Positions 13,100-25,100 of a DNA stretch of 64,000 nucleotides are shown here, piece by piece; the stretch's first letter is position 1, and every line of letters starts with the position of its first letter. Source of the stretch: Camelus dromedarius (Eukaryota); assembly GCF_036321535.1 (NCBI RefSeq), contig NC_087436.1, forward strand, positions 9,176,001 through 9,240,000, read 5' to 3'. Below the pieces are notes generated by a model. It did no database searches. It saw only the letters and a list, made by a program, of their open reading frames with translations, and was not told where the DNA came from. The translations under genes and the position numbers were made by a program.

Positions 13100-14240
13100 C
13101 AAAGGGTAAACTCTTGAGAAGTGCCACATTTAGTGCTCAGCCTGCAAAGAATATACATAAGAAAGGAAAACAAACAACAAAGCAGTGTTTGACATCACTC
13201 GATCCAAGTTTGTGTGAAGAAAAATACTGAAGAATCAAAATCAACTCTTTCTGTTTATATTCTTCACCATATAATCATAGCGATGAGGCCCATAAATGGA
13301 ATTTTAGTATTCAAAAGTTATTGCAGTAACAACCACCTTGAAATTAAATGGCTGGATGTCTCTGAATGTATGCCAGGATTGTTCACAAAAATCTGGAAAT
13401 GAGGAGTGATTGAAATGAGACTCACACATGGTTGAGTTCAATTCCAATTAAAATAAAATGACTTAATATTAGTTTTCTTATTATTGAATTCAATGAAAAT
13501 AAAGATTGCACCACTGAAAAGTCAGCATAGATCCATGTTGTCTGTATATTTGTATCTATATTAATATGGGTATACATATATTTAATTTTATTGGAAACAT
13601 AAGATGATTTTTTAAATATTTTTGTTTCTGATAAAAATGCCACCTAGTGATTTTACTTAATTTGTAAGTAAGTTTCAATATTATGTTCAGTTTATCACCT
13701 GTTTTTAAGATAGGCTATTCGGAGTATGCCAGAATTAGATCTAATAGTCCATTATTTAGTGAGGACTTGAGTGAAAAACAAAGAGATAAAATTGCATTCA
13801 TAAAATGTTTGATTTTTTTCTGGTAAATAAGGGAAAATTTTGCTTCATGGTGTTTTTGCTTTTTTGCTAACAATTGACAATTGCTTAATTAAAAAATAAT
13901 GGAAGATCAGGATGGCACTGGGATAAAACATCTTTGTTTAGAATCTTAGATATTCAAGAGATGAGTTGCTCTGAAGAAATACTTACGTACCTGAGAAATT
14001 CAAGTGCTTTCTAGAAAAACAAGCTGAGCTTGGTGTATTTTTATTGAAGACTTTGACACTGAAAAAAATCAGCAAAATATGACACTAAAACTACAGGGTT
14101 CTTCGCAAATAGATATTGGGCCTCTAGCCTCCCAAGAAGTCTTGGGTTCTGTTTGCCCTTAAAAGCTCTTCTAAAACTTTAGTAAAATATATGGTGTCTA
14201 GAATTGTGCTTGAAACCCAACAATTGCTCAATAAACTATG

Positions 14241-14268
14241 ATTATTATTATTATTATTATTATTATTA
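14241..14268. repeat. (ATT)n microsatellite
   Basis: Nine ATT units following a gctcaataaa MIR/L2-like end. Confidence 0.9.
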
Positions 14269-15151
14269 ATCCATAGACTCCAATTTTCTTTGATTCTCTA
14301 AAATCAAGCTTCCCTTCCCTTAGATTAATGGTCAAAGAATATTCAGGATGATTTACAACAGAAGACTTTCTTCTAAGAAACGTATTAAAACATCATGTAA
14401 GCAATGGTAAATAAAAATCTAGAAAGTGCAATTTTCACTATTAAATCAAGAAAAACATTGAAAAAAAAGAAAGTCATAACACACAACACTATGGCCAAAT
14501 ATCCCAAACATTACTAGCCTAAATCTATTGATGTAATCATTTAAGAAAATAATATGACAATAGGTGTCTCTAATCTCAAGAACAATCAAGTGATTTTACT
14601 AAGTAATTCAACCTCTGGGGAAATTTTATAATAACAATATAAAATCTTTGGATAGATTTCAGATGTACATTTCAAGGGTTTGTAGATCACTTAATGTTCA
14701 TATAAAAACTCAGTGACAAAGAATAAGAAATAGTAAATAGCAAATTAACAAATAGTAAATGAATAAATAGTAAGTAGATTTAAATCTTACTAAAAATGCA
14801 AATTTAATATGATCTTACATATGCTACTATTCAATTTAAATATCCTATAGAAAAAGGCAGTTAATTCCAAAACTGACATTATGCAAAGAAATAATCTATT
14901 AATTTAGTATTAAATCAAGATTAATGATACTATCACATGGAAACTATATTAAGAAGTTATTAGTAAGAATATTTATTTCATTTTCAAGAGTGCTGCTATG
15001 TAACAGCTCATTCCTACACCAGGTGCTGGGATGCAACGGAAGTCCTGTGTATCTGAGCAAACGAGTGCAGTTGTGGGATACGGTCTGCCATATTCTCATG
15101 ACTATCACAGATTTACTTTAAGCCTACTGGTGTTTATATGTCCCTTAAAAA

Positions 15152-16042
15152 GTCACACCTCACATCCGTCAGAATGGCCATCACTAAAGAGTCCATAAGA
15201 GATAAATGCTGGAGAGGCTGTGGAGAAAAGGGAACCCTCCTACACTGCTGGTGGGAATGCAGTTTGGTGCAGCCACTGTGGAAAACAGTATGGAGATTCC
15301 TCAAAAGACTAGGAATAGACTTACCATATGATCATGCAACCCACTCTTGGGCATATATCTGGAGGGAACTCTAATTCTAAAAGAAACATGCACCCTAATG
15401 CTCATAACAGCACGATCTACAATAGCCAAGACATAGAAGGAACCTAAATGTCCATCAACAGACAACTGGATAAGGGGGAATGGTATAGCTCAGTGACAGA
15501 GTGTATGCTTAGCATGCATGAGGTCCTGGGTTCGATCCACAGTACCTTCATTAAAAAAATAAATAAATAAAAATAAATAAATCTAATTACTTCCCCTCAC
15601 CAAAAAATTAAAAAAAAAAGATTATTGTATAAAGAAGATGTGATATATTTATACAATGGAATATTACTCAGCCATAAGAAAGAATAAAATAATGCCATTT
15701 GCAGCAACATGGATGGACCTAGAGATGATCATATTAAGTGAAGTAAGTCATAAAGAGAACGATAAATACCATGCAATATCACTTATAATGTGGAATCTAA
15801 AATATGACACAAACGAACTTATTTTCGAAACAGAAACAGACTCACGGACATAGAAAACAAACTTATGGTTATCAAAGGGAGTAGGGGATAGGGGAGGGAT
15901 AAATTAGGAGTTTGGGATTATGGAATACAAACTACTGCTTATAAACTAGCTAGACAACAAGATCGCACTGTACAGCACAGGGAACTACTCTCAATAACCT
16001 GTAAACAACATAATGGAAAAGAATTAAAAAAAAAAAAAAAAA
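15152..16042 (+). mobile_element. L1 3' fragment (ORF2 Cys-rich C-terminus and 3'UTR) interrupted by a SINE
   Basis: Translations [26 protein letters not shown] and [12 protein letters not shown]-tail at 16026-16042. Confidence 0.95.
15474..15618 (+). mobile_element. Vic-1-like SINE nested in L1 ORF2
   Basis: ggtatagctcagtgacagagtgtatgcttagcatgcatgaggtcctgggttcgatcc. Degenerate TSD agacaactggataa / agattattgtataa; L1 sequence resumes afterwards. Confidence 0.9.
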
Positions 16043-17481
16043 CAGCTGAAAGTGTTCAGGTTCTCTCTCCTGGGTTGAGAGCCCTGCACTAACGTCTGAA
16101 ACCTGGGGCAGTAAAAACCTGGGGATCAAAGCGGGGTCCTCAGTGTGTTCCAGTATTTTAGAAATCAAACCCATTTACCTTCTGTAAGAACTAGGGCAAT
16201 GACATTTAAAGAGAAACAGTGCAGCTTCGTTAATGATTTAAATGATTGTAAATTTTGTAACCTCCAAGAGGTTACTTTGCGCATAAGGACGTCTTTATTC
16301 CCCAGATGGGAAGAAGACTGCAGGAAATGCACAGTGCCATCAGAAAGCTAGTATGAAAATAGGCTTAATGCCTTCTTGAGCCTCCTGTACTGGTGTTCAC
16401 ACAGTTGTTAACCTAACTGAAATGTTCCACAAAACATACGTAATTAACGAGGTGTCCAGTTGAGCGAGACCTAGCGTCCAGAGCTGTTTTCACAGCTGGG
16501 CACACACTTCTATCCTAGACATGACCAATTAAGTTGTCCCATTTGTGCACAGACAGGAAACAAATTCCAAAACTCTTTCCGCTTCCTCAGGCCTCGGGAA
16601 ACTTGGGAAATAGGACACTTACCCAAAGAAAAGAAATAATCGTAGAGAGTATTTATTCGAAATCTTTGTTGTCATGAATTGTAAATATGTAGACTTCAAA
16701 TGCAAAACATTTGCTAGAAATGTTTCTCTTCACTTTTTTTTTTATAGCTCAATTAATTATGGCTTCATGGGACATCTCACTAAAGGAAGTAAGTCAGGCC
16801 AAGCACTGGCACAATGTTTGCAAGTTATTTCCAGCCTTACTTTTGTGTAAATGCACTCTTTCTTGAGACTCTGCCAAATAATTGAGATTCGTGCATCTAA
16901 TTGTTGCATTTATTTTGTCAAGTTGTGGATGGAATTTTATTAATTTGATTTTCTTTTCCCATTTCCTTGTGTGGTTCCATGATGTCACACGTTTTGGTAA
17001 AAAGAACATAATTACATAATAACTATTAAACACTGTAGTTTCTCAAGCATGTGCACAAACCCAAAAGGCATTTGAAGCATTTCGCTTTCCCTAATAATGC
17101 TGTAAGTGTCTGGGATAATGGCTTATCTGATATAAATACCAGCCCACTGGATCACTGCCTCCAAGGAACACAGTTGAGAAACACTTAAGTTTTCTATGAA
17201 AGACTATGAAGTTCTGAACAAATAAACTGTACAATGCACAAAGAGTATAAATTAATTTTTGGATTAGCTTATTTAAGTCCCAGAATTTAGATGTAATACA
17301 CTTTGTCTAGTGTGTTTAAAAGTGGAAAGAAAAGTTAACCTAAATAACATAGATTTAATACATTGTAGCACAAAGAGGGAAGATAATTTTCACTAATGAG
17401 AAAACCACAAATAAAAATGTAATTTTTTCATGATGAGAGCTTTTGAGTTTTTGTCAACACTTTGACATTAAGAATGAAAAA

Positions 17482-17614
17482 GGGGCGAATGGGTACAGCT
17501 CAGTGGTAGAGTGCATGCTTAGCACACACGAGGTCCTAGGTTCAATCCCCAGTACCTCCATTAAATTAAAAAAAAACCTAATTCTGTAATAAAAGATATA
17601 TATATATATATATG
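17482..17614 (+). mobile_element. Vic-1-like SINE with (TA)n tail
   Basis: A box, B box and an AGC anticodon-like loop are present. TSD core TAAGAATGA at 17469-17477 and 17615-17623. Confidence 0.92.
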
Positions 17615-17627
17615 TAAGAATGAGAGA

Positions 17628-18003
17628 GATATTCCAAAGAAGACAGCTAAATGACCAGTAGGTACATAAAAAGATGATCAATGTCATTAATCATCAGGGA
17701 AACACAAATCAAAACCACAATGAGATCCCCTCCCACCTGTTAGGATGGCTATTACAAAAAAGAAAAAAGTCAGGTAATGTGTTGGTGAGGATTTGAAGAA
17801 ATTAGAACCCTTGTGCACTGTTGAGGGAAATGTAAATTCGTGCAGCCATTTGGAAAATAGTATGGAGGCTCCTTAAAAAATTAAAGCTAGAATTCCCATA
17901 TGATCCAGCAATCCCACTTCTGGGTATTTAGCCGAAAGAACTGAAGCAGAATCTCAAAGAGATATTTGCACACCTGTGTACACTGCAGCATTATTCACAA
18001 CTG
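17628..18003 (+). mobile_element. Older L1M ORF2 3' fragment
   Basis: caaatcaaaaccacaatgagat; cccatatgatccagcaatcccacttctgggtattt; gcagcattattcacaa. Confidence 0.9.
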
Positions 18004-18099
18004 CCCTAAGTAACGGTAGCTTATTGGAAACTAATTAATGAGTACCTTAGAATGGAAGAATTGGCACCTGTGAAGACCCCGAGGTCAGGTACACTCTCA

Positions 18100-18310
18100 T
18101 CCCTCGGTAGTCCTTTCCCTGTTCTACTTTTTATCATAAAACTTATCAGTGCTAGACATTATCCTTTGTCTCTATTGGTTTGTTATTGTCTGTCTTTCCA
18201 CAGAAAGAGCAGAGTGGGAACTTGGTCTCTCACTCCTGCTCAACCCCCATCAACCAAAAGGGCACCTGAAACATAATAGGAACTTAATCACTATTAGTGA
18301 ATTAATCATT
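18100..18310 (+). mobile_element. L2 LINE 3' end relic
   Basis: gtttgttattgtctgtctttcc...gcacctgaaacataataggaacttaat...gtgaattaat. Confidence 0.55.
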
Positions 18311-19179
18311 TGTTTTATAATAAATTAAGACCTTATTATTTTAAGAAAATTACTGTTCATTAAAATTAACATTTTGAACTTATACACTAGGTAATTTTCT
18401 TTAGCTTTTGTCAAAGATAAAATGATCTTAGTTGTATGTAAACTATGAAAGATATGAGTCCAATGAAATTTTTCTGCATAATTAATGTTAGTAAAAGAAA
18501 TTGTGGAATTATTTACCAATCTTTAGACCAAATCAGCAAGAACAAAATTATTAGTATCATTGTGCAATATTCCATCAGAGGTAACAATCATCATTCTGTA
18601 AATTCATCATGCCTCATCTGTAAAGCATAATGCTGAACATAAATTCCTAATTTGCATGGAAAGACTCCATGTTACATGAAGTAAGATAATAATAAAAAAA
18701 AATCCTTTGTGTGGTTTGTAAATTAGTCAGGGATCAGATAAAGAAACATGAAAACAGAGATTACCAAAGTCGAAAATCTAAAAATATCAACTAATCTGTA
18801 AGAATAAGACTGTTACATACAGTCTTACATGAGCAAATCACAGTACAAATTTATTATAATCTTACATGTATAAAACATTGCATAATAGAAACATACATAA
18901 AAAGAATACATTTCAATGAGGATTAAATAATAATATGTGTATGAAGTAATTTTAAACCACAAAGGCTTGTGCACATAGAAGGAATTCCTAGACTTCTACC
19001 TTTAAGAGCTTAAGATTAATTGGATAGAATAGCCTAAAAGAGATTTAAAAATCCTAAACAATGTCAAACTGTCCACTGCCTCTAGTCCAGGTCAGAAATG
19101 CTGGGGAGGAGAGACAAGGGCTCAGAGGCACTACCTCAATGAAGAAAGACTAAAGTTCAAATAGAAGTTGAACCAGGTA

Positions 19180-19727
19180 CAGTAGACAGGGATTCAACAT
19201 GACTCCCAAAGGCCTGCATTCTTGTAATTCTTGTAACCACTTCACCTTTAACTTGCTTTTGACCGACGGAATGTGGCCAAGGTGCTGTGATAACACTCTT
19301 GTGATTATACTACGTTCTATGGCGAAGAGGTGAGACTTTAAGATACAATTAAGATTTCAAATCAGATGACTGTATACATATGTCAAAAAGGAGATTCTAG
19401 CCGGAGCTGACCTAATGGTGTGAACCCTTTAAAAAGCAGTTCTAGAAGTCAGAAACTGAAGAAGTCAGCAAGATTCTTCCTAGGCTGGAAGAAACCATCT
19501 TACATGAGTTATGAGCTGCAAAGATATAAATCCAACCGACAGCCTGGAGGAAGAAACAGAGCTTCGAATAAGAGCTCAGCCCTGGATGAAACCTTGAAGT
19601 GAGATCCTGAGGAGGGGTTCCAGCTAGCCTCTTCCTAGGTTTGAAACCCATGGAAACTGTGAGGTCATAACCATTTAAGCCACTGAGATCATGGTAATTT
19701 TTATGCAACAACCTAAAACAAATATAT
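19180..19727 (+). mobile_element. MaLR LTR (MLT1 family)
   Basis: cttgtgattatactacgttctatggc; cccatggaaactgtgag; tttaagccactgagat...ggtaatttttatgcaacaa are MLT1 hallmarks. Confidence 0.8.
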
Positions 19728-20184
19728 GTAAAAATGGACATTTTGGTGGTATTTAGGGTGACAGTGACCTGATATTTGTTGCAACAAAAACTACAGAGAC
19801 TCTAAAAAGTACACATGAGCACAATTTGCTCTTATCCTGTGAGAAAACTTGGCTGCAAAGAGGAGTGGGGTGGAGGTTGGGATCCTGGAAAACACAACAG
19901 TTCAGACAAGACTTTGTTTTTCTATACAGGGAAAGAATCATGCTTTCTGTTTTGACCGATCTCTGTTTTGCAAATGTGCGTTGTACATATGAGGAAAACT
20001 GAAAATCAGACTGATTACTTGCAGGGTGTAGAACCAATTAGAAGGATCTTATAACCAAGCAGAGAATTGCACCTTATTACAGGAAAAATTAGATATTCAC
20101 TGATGATTTCAGAACACAGTGACATTTGAAAGCTTCCTTTAATCAAGAGGAATCCAGAAGAGGTAAGAGGTCTGTATCAGCAGA

Positions 20185-20400
20185 GTAGAATGTTATGATC
20201 AGGCAGCTGCCTCAGACTGAGCCTGGTCTGAGTCCAGCTCTGTAGGTAACATAACTCTTTAAGCTTCGGTCCCTCAATATCTACCCCAAAGGGTGTTACG
20301 CATAGAAAATGAAATAATGTTTATAAATACTTAACGTCTTTCCTGGCATGTTATGAATCATCAACATTTTGACTTGTCATTAGAATCATTAATTATTATT
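20185..20400 (+). mobile_element. MIR SINE relic
   Basis: ctgagtccagctctg, ctttaagcttcggtccctc, aaatgaaataatgtttataaatacttaac. Confidence 0.55.
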
Positions 20401-20419
20401 ACCACAGGAAGAAACAAGA

Positions 20420-20880
20420 ATTAGAAAGATCCATGTTGAAGATGTCAAAATAATTCTGGGTGAGATGGGACAGTCTGGGTCAAGGTAAAAATGATAAGAA
20501 GAAAGGATAGAAAATAGAGAATTAGATAAAGCCGCCTTACAAAGGGAGGAACGTCAAAACTTGGAGACTCCCTGCATATAGAAGAGTAAGAATGATGTGA
20601 GTGGAAAATGTGTACGCATTTGCAGACCTAGGTGAATGGGGAAAAAGTGTGTCATCAACTGATAGGCAGAAAAATCAGGACGGGGGGACCATATAGGGAT
20701 AAGATGGAGTTCATGGAATTTTCCTTGTTACCATGAAATCAGAGTCAAAATGTCTAGCAAACCTGTATAAATACATTAATGGAGTTCAAATGTGGGCCAG
20801 AGCCCTCGGTTTGGAAGGTATCTGTGAAGAGAGAATAATTGTAGCTGTTGGAGTGAATGGCCTTCCCGCAGGGTGTTAGA
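20420..20880 (-). mobile_element. L2 LINE fragment
   Basis: tggagttcaaatg...ggtttggaaggtatc...ataattgtagctgttggagtgaatg resembles antisense L2. Confidence 0.5.
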
Positions 20881-21939
20881 GAAAATAGGGAACCACACAT
20901 AGTACACAAAATGGTAGAGAAATTTCAAGATTAAAAACTTTTACATCAGGCTTCATTCCAAAAGTCAAACACTGGGGATTGCTAACCAATACATAAAATG
21001 TTTAATAAAAGCTCTATACATCTTTCCACTTTTACGTTAAACTTTCCACAAATCAAACTTTTCTCTCTCCTTCGGGATCCATTTAATAAAGGACAGCCCG
21101 AACTTGGATAACGAGGATTCGCTAGGGAATCTGATGCAATCGTGTGGCTCCTCCAGGAGTGCTGTTATTGTTACTGATACCAGCACTCACCTCTTCTATC
21201 CAGCCTCAAGGCTGCATGAAAGCAAAGAGCATCAATCCTGGCCAACATTTGTACCTCAAATAGAGGAACAATAGACCAAAGCAGTCAATGCTTCCTAAGT
21301 GTTCAAGAGCTCACTTCACATCACCTCTTTCTGTGTGGTCCTTCCGAACTACTCATTGTATTCTGATGATTTTACTTCAGTTTATAGACTGAACTATTAG
21401 CAGCTGACTAGTCTGAAGATTCAACGTGAGTTGCAGTTGGTAACACAAGTGGTGATCTGCTTCAATGGGTGATTGCTTGAACTTCAGTTTAAGATGTATG
21501 TGTATTCACATGTAGCATCCGGGAGGACTTTATGAGAATAAAACAAAAACAAGGGAGCTCTTGGGTGAGCACTTTATCATATTGCTTCTTATTCTACTTG
21601 AGATTGAAAGGGGGAATACCTTCTGCTGCTAATATTATACATAGTCTATAAAATTGAATAATGTAGCACCTTTTTAACATTAAATATAGAGGAAATGGTC
21701 CTTAAGACCTCTGGTATTGTACATCCAAAAGTGTGTATAGTAAAGAATAAATGACATGAAATCATTTCCACGTAACTTAATAATTAAGGGAAAAAACGTG
21801 GGGCAAGAGGGGAAAAGTAGCATTCACATTTTGCAAAGAAAGGATCATAGATAAAGACTTGACTTTAAATAAGACACATCCACTTCAATATTTGATCTAA
21901 ACAGAGAGACCAGAAGTTCACAGTGTGGATACAAGACGA

Positions 21940-22110
21940 GTGAACCAACTTCATCGCCTAGTCCACCTAACCCTAGCTGTGTGACCACGGGCTGGAGAGG
22001 TGGAAAGCTTTGATCCAAGTTTTTGCTTTCTTATATCTAAAATGATTGGTAATAGAAATTTTACATGGCTATGTAAAAGTAAAAATGAGTTAATATGGAA
22101 AAAATGACCT
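21940..22110 (+). mobile_element. MIR SINE relic
   Basis: ctagctgtgtgaccacgggc and tttcttatatctaaaatg. Confidence 0.5.
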
Positions 22111-25100
22111 CCTATGAATAAAATATATATGTACACATATTAGTACTTTGAAGATCATCTTTCTGTATTTTTCGTCTTCCTGTGTAGGCAAATCCACGCC
22201 CACAGACCATATGCTCGGATATCAACAGGTAATCCATTATGAGACAGCAAAAGCCTGTACTAGGAGCAGCTCGCTGGCCCTGTTTCTTTGGGAAGATAAA
22301 TGAAACCACTTCCTTAACCCTAGATGAGGTAGTCCAGAGTCAGGTTGACACCAGGGCCTTAACAACTCCTGTGTCTTTGAAAAGGTGGGCACATAATCAC
22401 AAAGGGTGTGGGGGTATTGGTCACTTCATGTGTGTGAGAACCTTAACTTTGAAGGTTTTAGAAACTAGAAAAGCTAAGGTCTTAGTGGTCCTTAAAACAC
22501 TATCTAATGTGTTTGGTGGAATTGGTCCAACCAGGGACGGCAAATTATTTCCATTTCATCATCGTCTTTGGGGAACACAGTTCAGGCTTGCGTGTCTTAA
22601 TTGCTGCTGTATTTATATTTTAATTGGTACCTTGGTGCTACTTACACAGGGAAAATATATCGCTAAAGTAACTTTCTCTTAACTGTCAATTAAAAAGAAT
22701 ATATTTAAATAAAACTCAATGCAAGAAGGATTTTTCAAGTCTTTTGCACTGTGCTTTGGAATTGTTAGCAGTGCCATGAACCAGTTATGAGCTGGAATAA
22801 TATTCTCTGTATTGACATGGAAATGAACTCACTAAGCAACTACTTGGCTTTAGAGATTTGCATAATTCGATACCCAAAACCACATTAAATTAGTATCAAT
22901 TACTGGGCTTTAAAGCAAGAAAGTTTGGAGTTAAGCTGCTCTTCTTCCCACATTTTACCACATCAATGTGTGAAAACACTGATACACAAATAACAAAAAT
23001 ATTTTAGGTGCAGGAATATCTGGGCTCTGTTCCTCAGAAGTACCTGGCTTATTACCAGAAGATATATAAGAAGTAAACCTTACGTGTCTCTTTTAGGATA
23101 ATAACTTCCAAATTATCCATCATTACTCATACGTTTGTACAATCAGTGTAGTACTATAATCTCTTCATAGGTACACATTTGTTCCATTTCTTATTCCTGG
23201 CAAATTTTCGTTTCCAATTGTCCCTTCCCTTGCTGATCAGCATGAGAGCTTCTGAATGACATTTTCATGGCAAGAAAACAAAAACTGGTGTGTGCTTAGG
23301 CATACCAGCCTAAATGCAACATGACAATAATTGGAAAACACCTTTGCCACTGAAAATTACATTTTGTATTATAGCTTAGCATGTAAGTTACTTTTATAGT
23401 AAGTAGAATTTCTTGAGCTTCCATGTTCCAGATCATTCCCATCGCATGTTTATGGCAGAGTAGAATTTACCAAAAATTATATATATGATTATATATGAAG
23501 ATAGATAGCTAATATATGCATATATACATATTTGTATGTGTACATACATACATATACATGCACACACCCACAGACACATGCCTTATAGTAACATTATACT
23601 ACTGTTTAACTCTTGCTCTTTCAAAAAATCCATATTAAGACTCATTAGAATTCTGAATTGATCAAAAACACTGTCTCATCTGTGATAGCAATATTAGCTT
23701 CTTTGATACCAGGGTGCTTAAAGCACAAAGGGACCAATTGTTTTGTTGTCTGGTGACCAATTTAATGAGAAAATTGTGATTTTCCACAAGGCACCCTACA
23801 GCTCACCTTAAGTAGACTATGCCCAGAGGACACTGGAGATGCTGAAGCAGAAGGTGGTTAAGTCTGTTTTGTGGAGAATAATTGGTCACATGCCTTTTAT
23901 GATGATGTTAACAATAGGGAGTATTTTTCTAGCCTATTAGTTCACAAGAGTCTTTTGAACTTTATAACATAGTAAATAATTTTTAAAAATACTAGCAATA
24001 GTATGTTGACTTGGAGCAAATATGAAGGGTTGGTAGGAACATATCATTCAACGTCTTTTGTTTTCATGGATAAATGAGCATCAAACATAAAAAGATGGCC
24101 ATCATTCAAAGAAAATTCTCAATAAACTATTAAATATGATTTTAAAAGTTAGTTACTTTAAAAAAGTCAAGTTGCTAAAACTTTTTAGCATATTTCAGGT
24201 TTATTATTACTTTCTTGATTTTTCTGCTGTACATGTTAATAAACAGAAAAAAAAGCAATATGTAGCCTTGATAACATCAAATTTAAATTGTTTCAACTTT
24301 ATCTTAAATTCCAATCAAACATATATAGTTATTAATCTTATTTGTAAGAAAAAGATGACATCTATCCAGCAATATCATTTTGAAATTTTTAACTAGATCA
24401 ATGTGCTTTAAGAAACTGAGAAACAAGAAAGACAATTTGAACATGTCGTGCCATTAAATTATTTCAATAATTTGTCTATATGCTTTATGAAAGTTTATCA
24501 TCTTGAAGTAAGAAGTGCTTTATATATTTGCAGTGCTGATGAAGTGAAATGAACGAATGATATAGCAAGCTGTCTGTTGCAGTGGTATTGAATACCCACT
24601 TGAATTTCACATGGACAAGTAATAACTCCAAAACACAGTCATTTCTTTGTGGAACAAAGAATTAATGAAGGATCACTACATGTGAATATCTTCAATAGAT
24701 GTCTTCAAAGTTGGCAATTTTAGTTGTTTACAGTTAGAATTACATTCTGTATCCAAATACTATCTTCAATGTTCTAATTTTGGACTTACTATGGTCACCT
24801 AATTTTACCTTACTTCAGAACTAATACATAAAAGTTCATGGGTAAAAAAAAATCAGGGTAAAATGCTACTAGTATTTTAAGTTTGCAATCTCATGGAGCC
24901 CACCTTACTGGTTTCACTATTGCCAATAACATATTTTGATTTTGGTTTTCAGTGTTTCACCATTTCATTGTGACAACTCTAAACTTCATCTAAAAGAATT
25001 CTGAAAATTGGTAGTTCAAGCTTTACTGTTTCTACCCAAACAAATACATACATTTTAGAAAACTTCATGGAAAAGGAAGTCAATGAGATACTCATTTGGG

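Noticed and set aside
13099..13140. Minus-strand 42-nt exon with a strong acceptor (tctttgcag) and donor TTG|GTAAAG
   Set aside because: The donor sits at the L1 insertion junction and the exon is out of phase with the next candidate. At most a cryptic exon.
17482..17560. tRNA-Ala(AGC)-like gene (also at 3428, 10980 and 15474)
   Set aside because: Extra 5' G-rich bases, imperfect stems, A/T-rich tails and TSDs identify these as SINE copies, not tRNA genes.
22325..22347. TGAGGTAGT...AGGTTG resembling let-7
   Set aside because: An 8-nt insertion splits the match and no complementary arm or hairpin is present.
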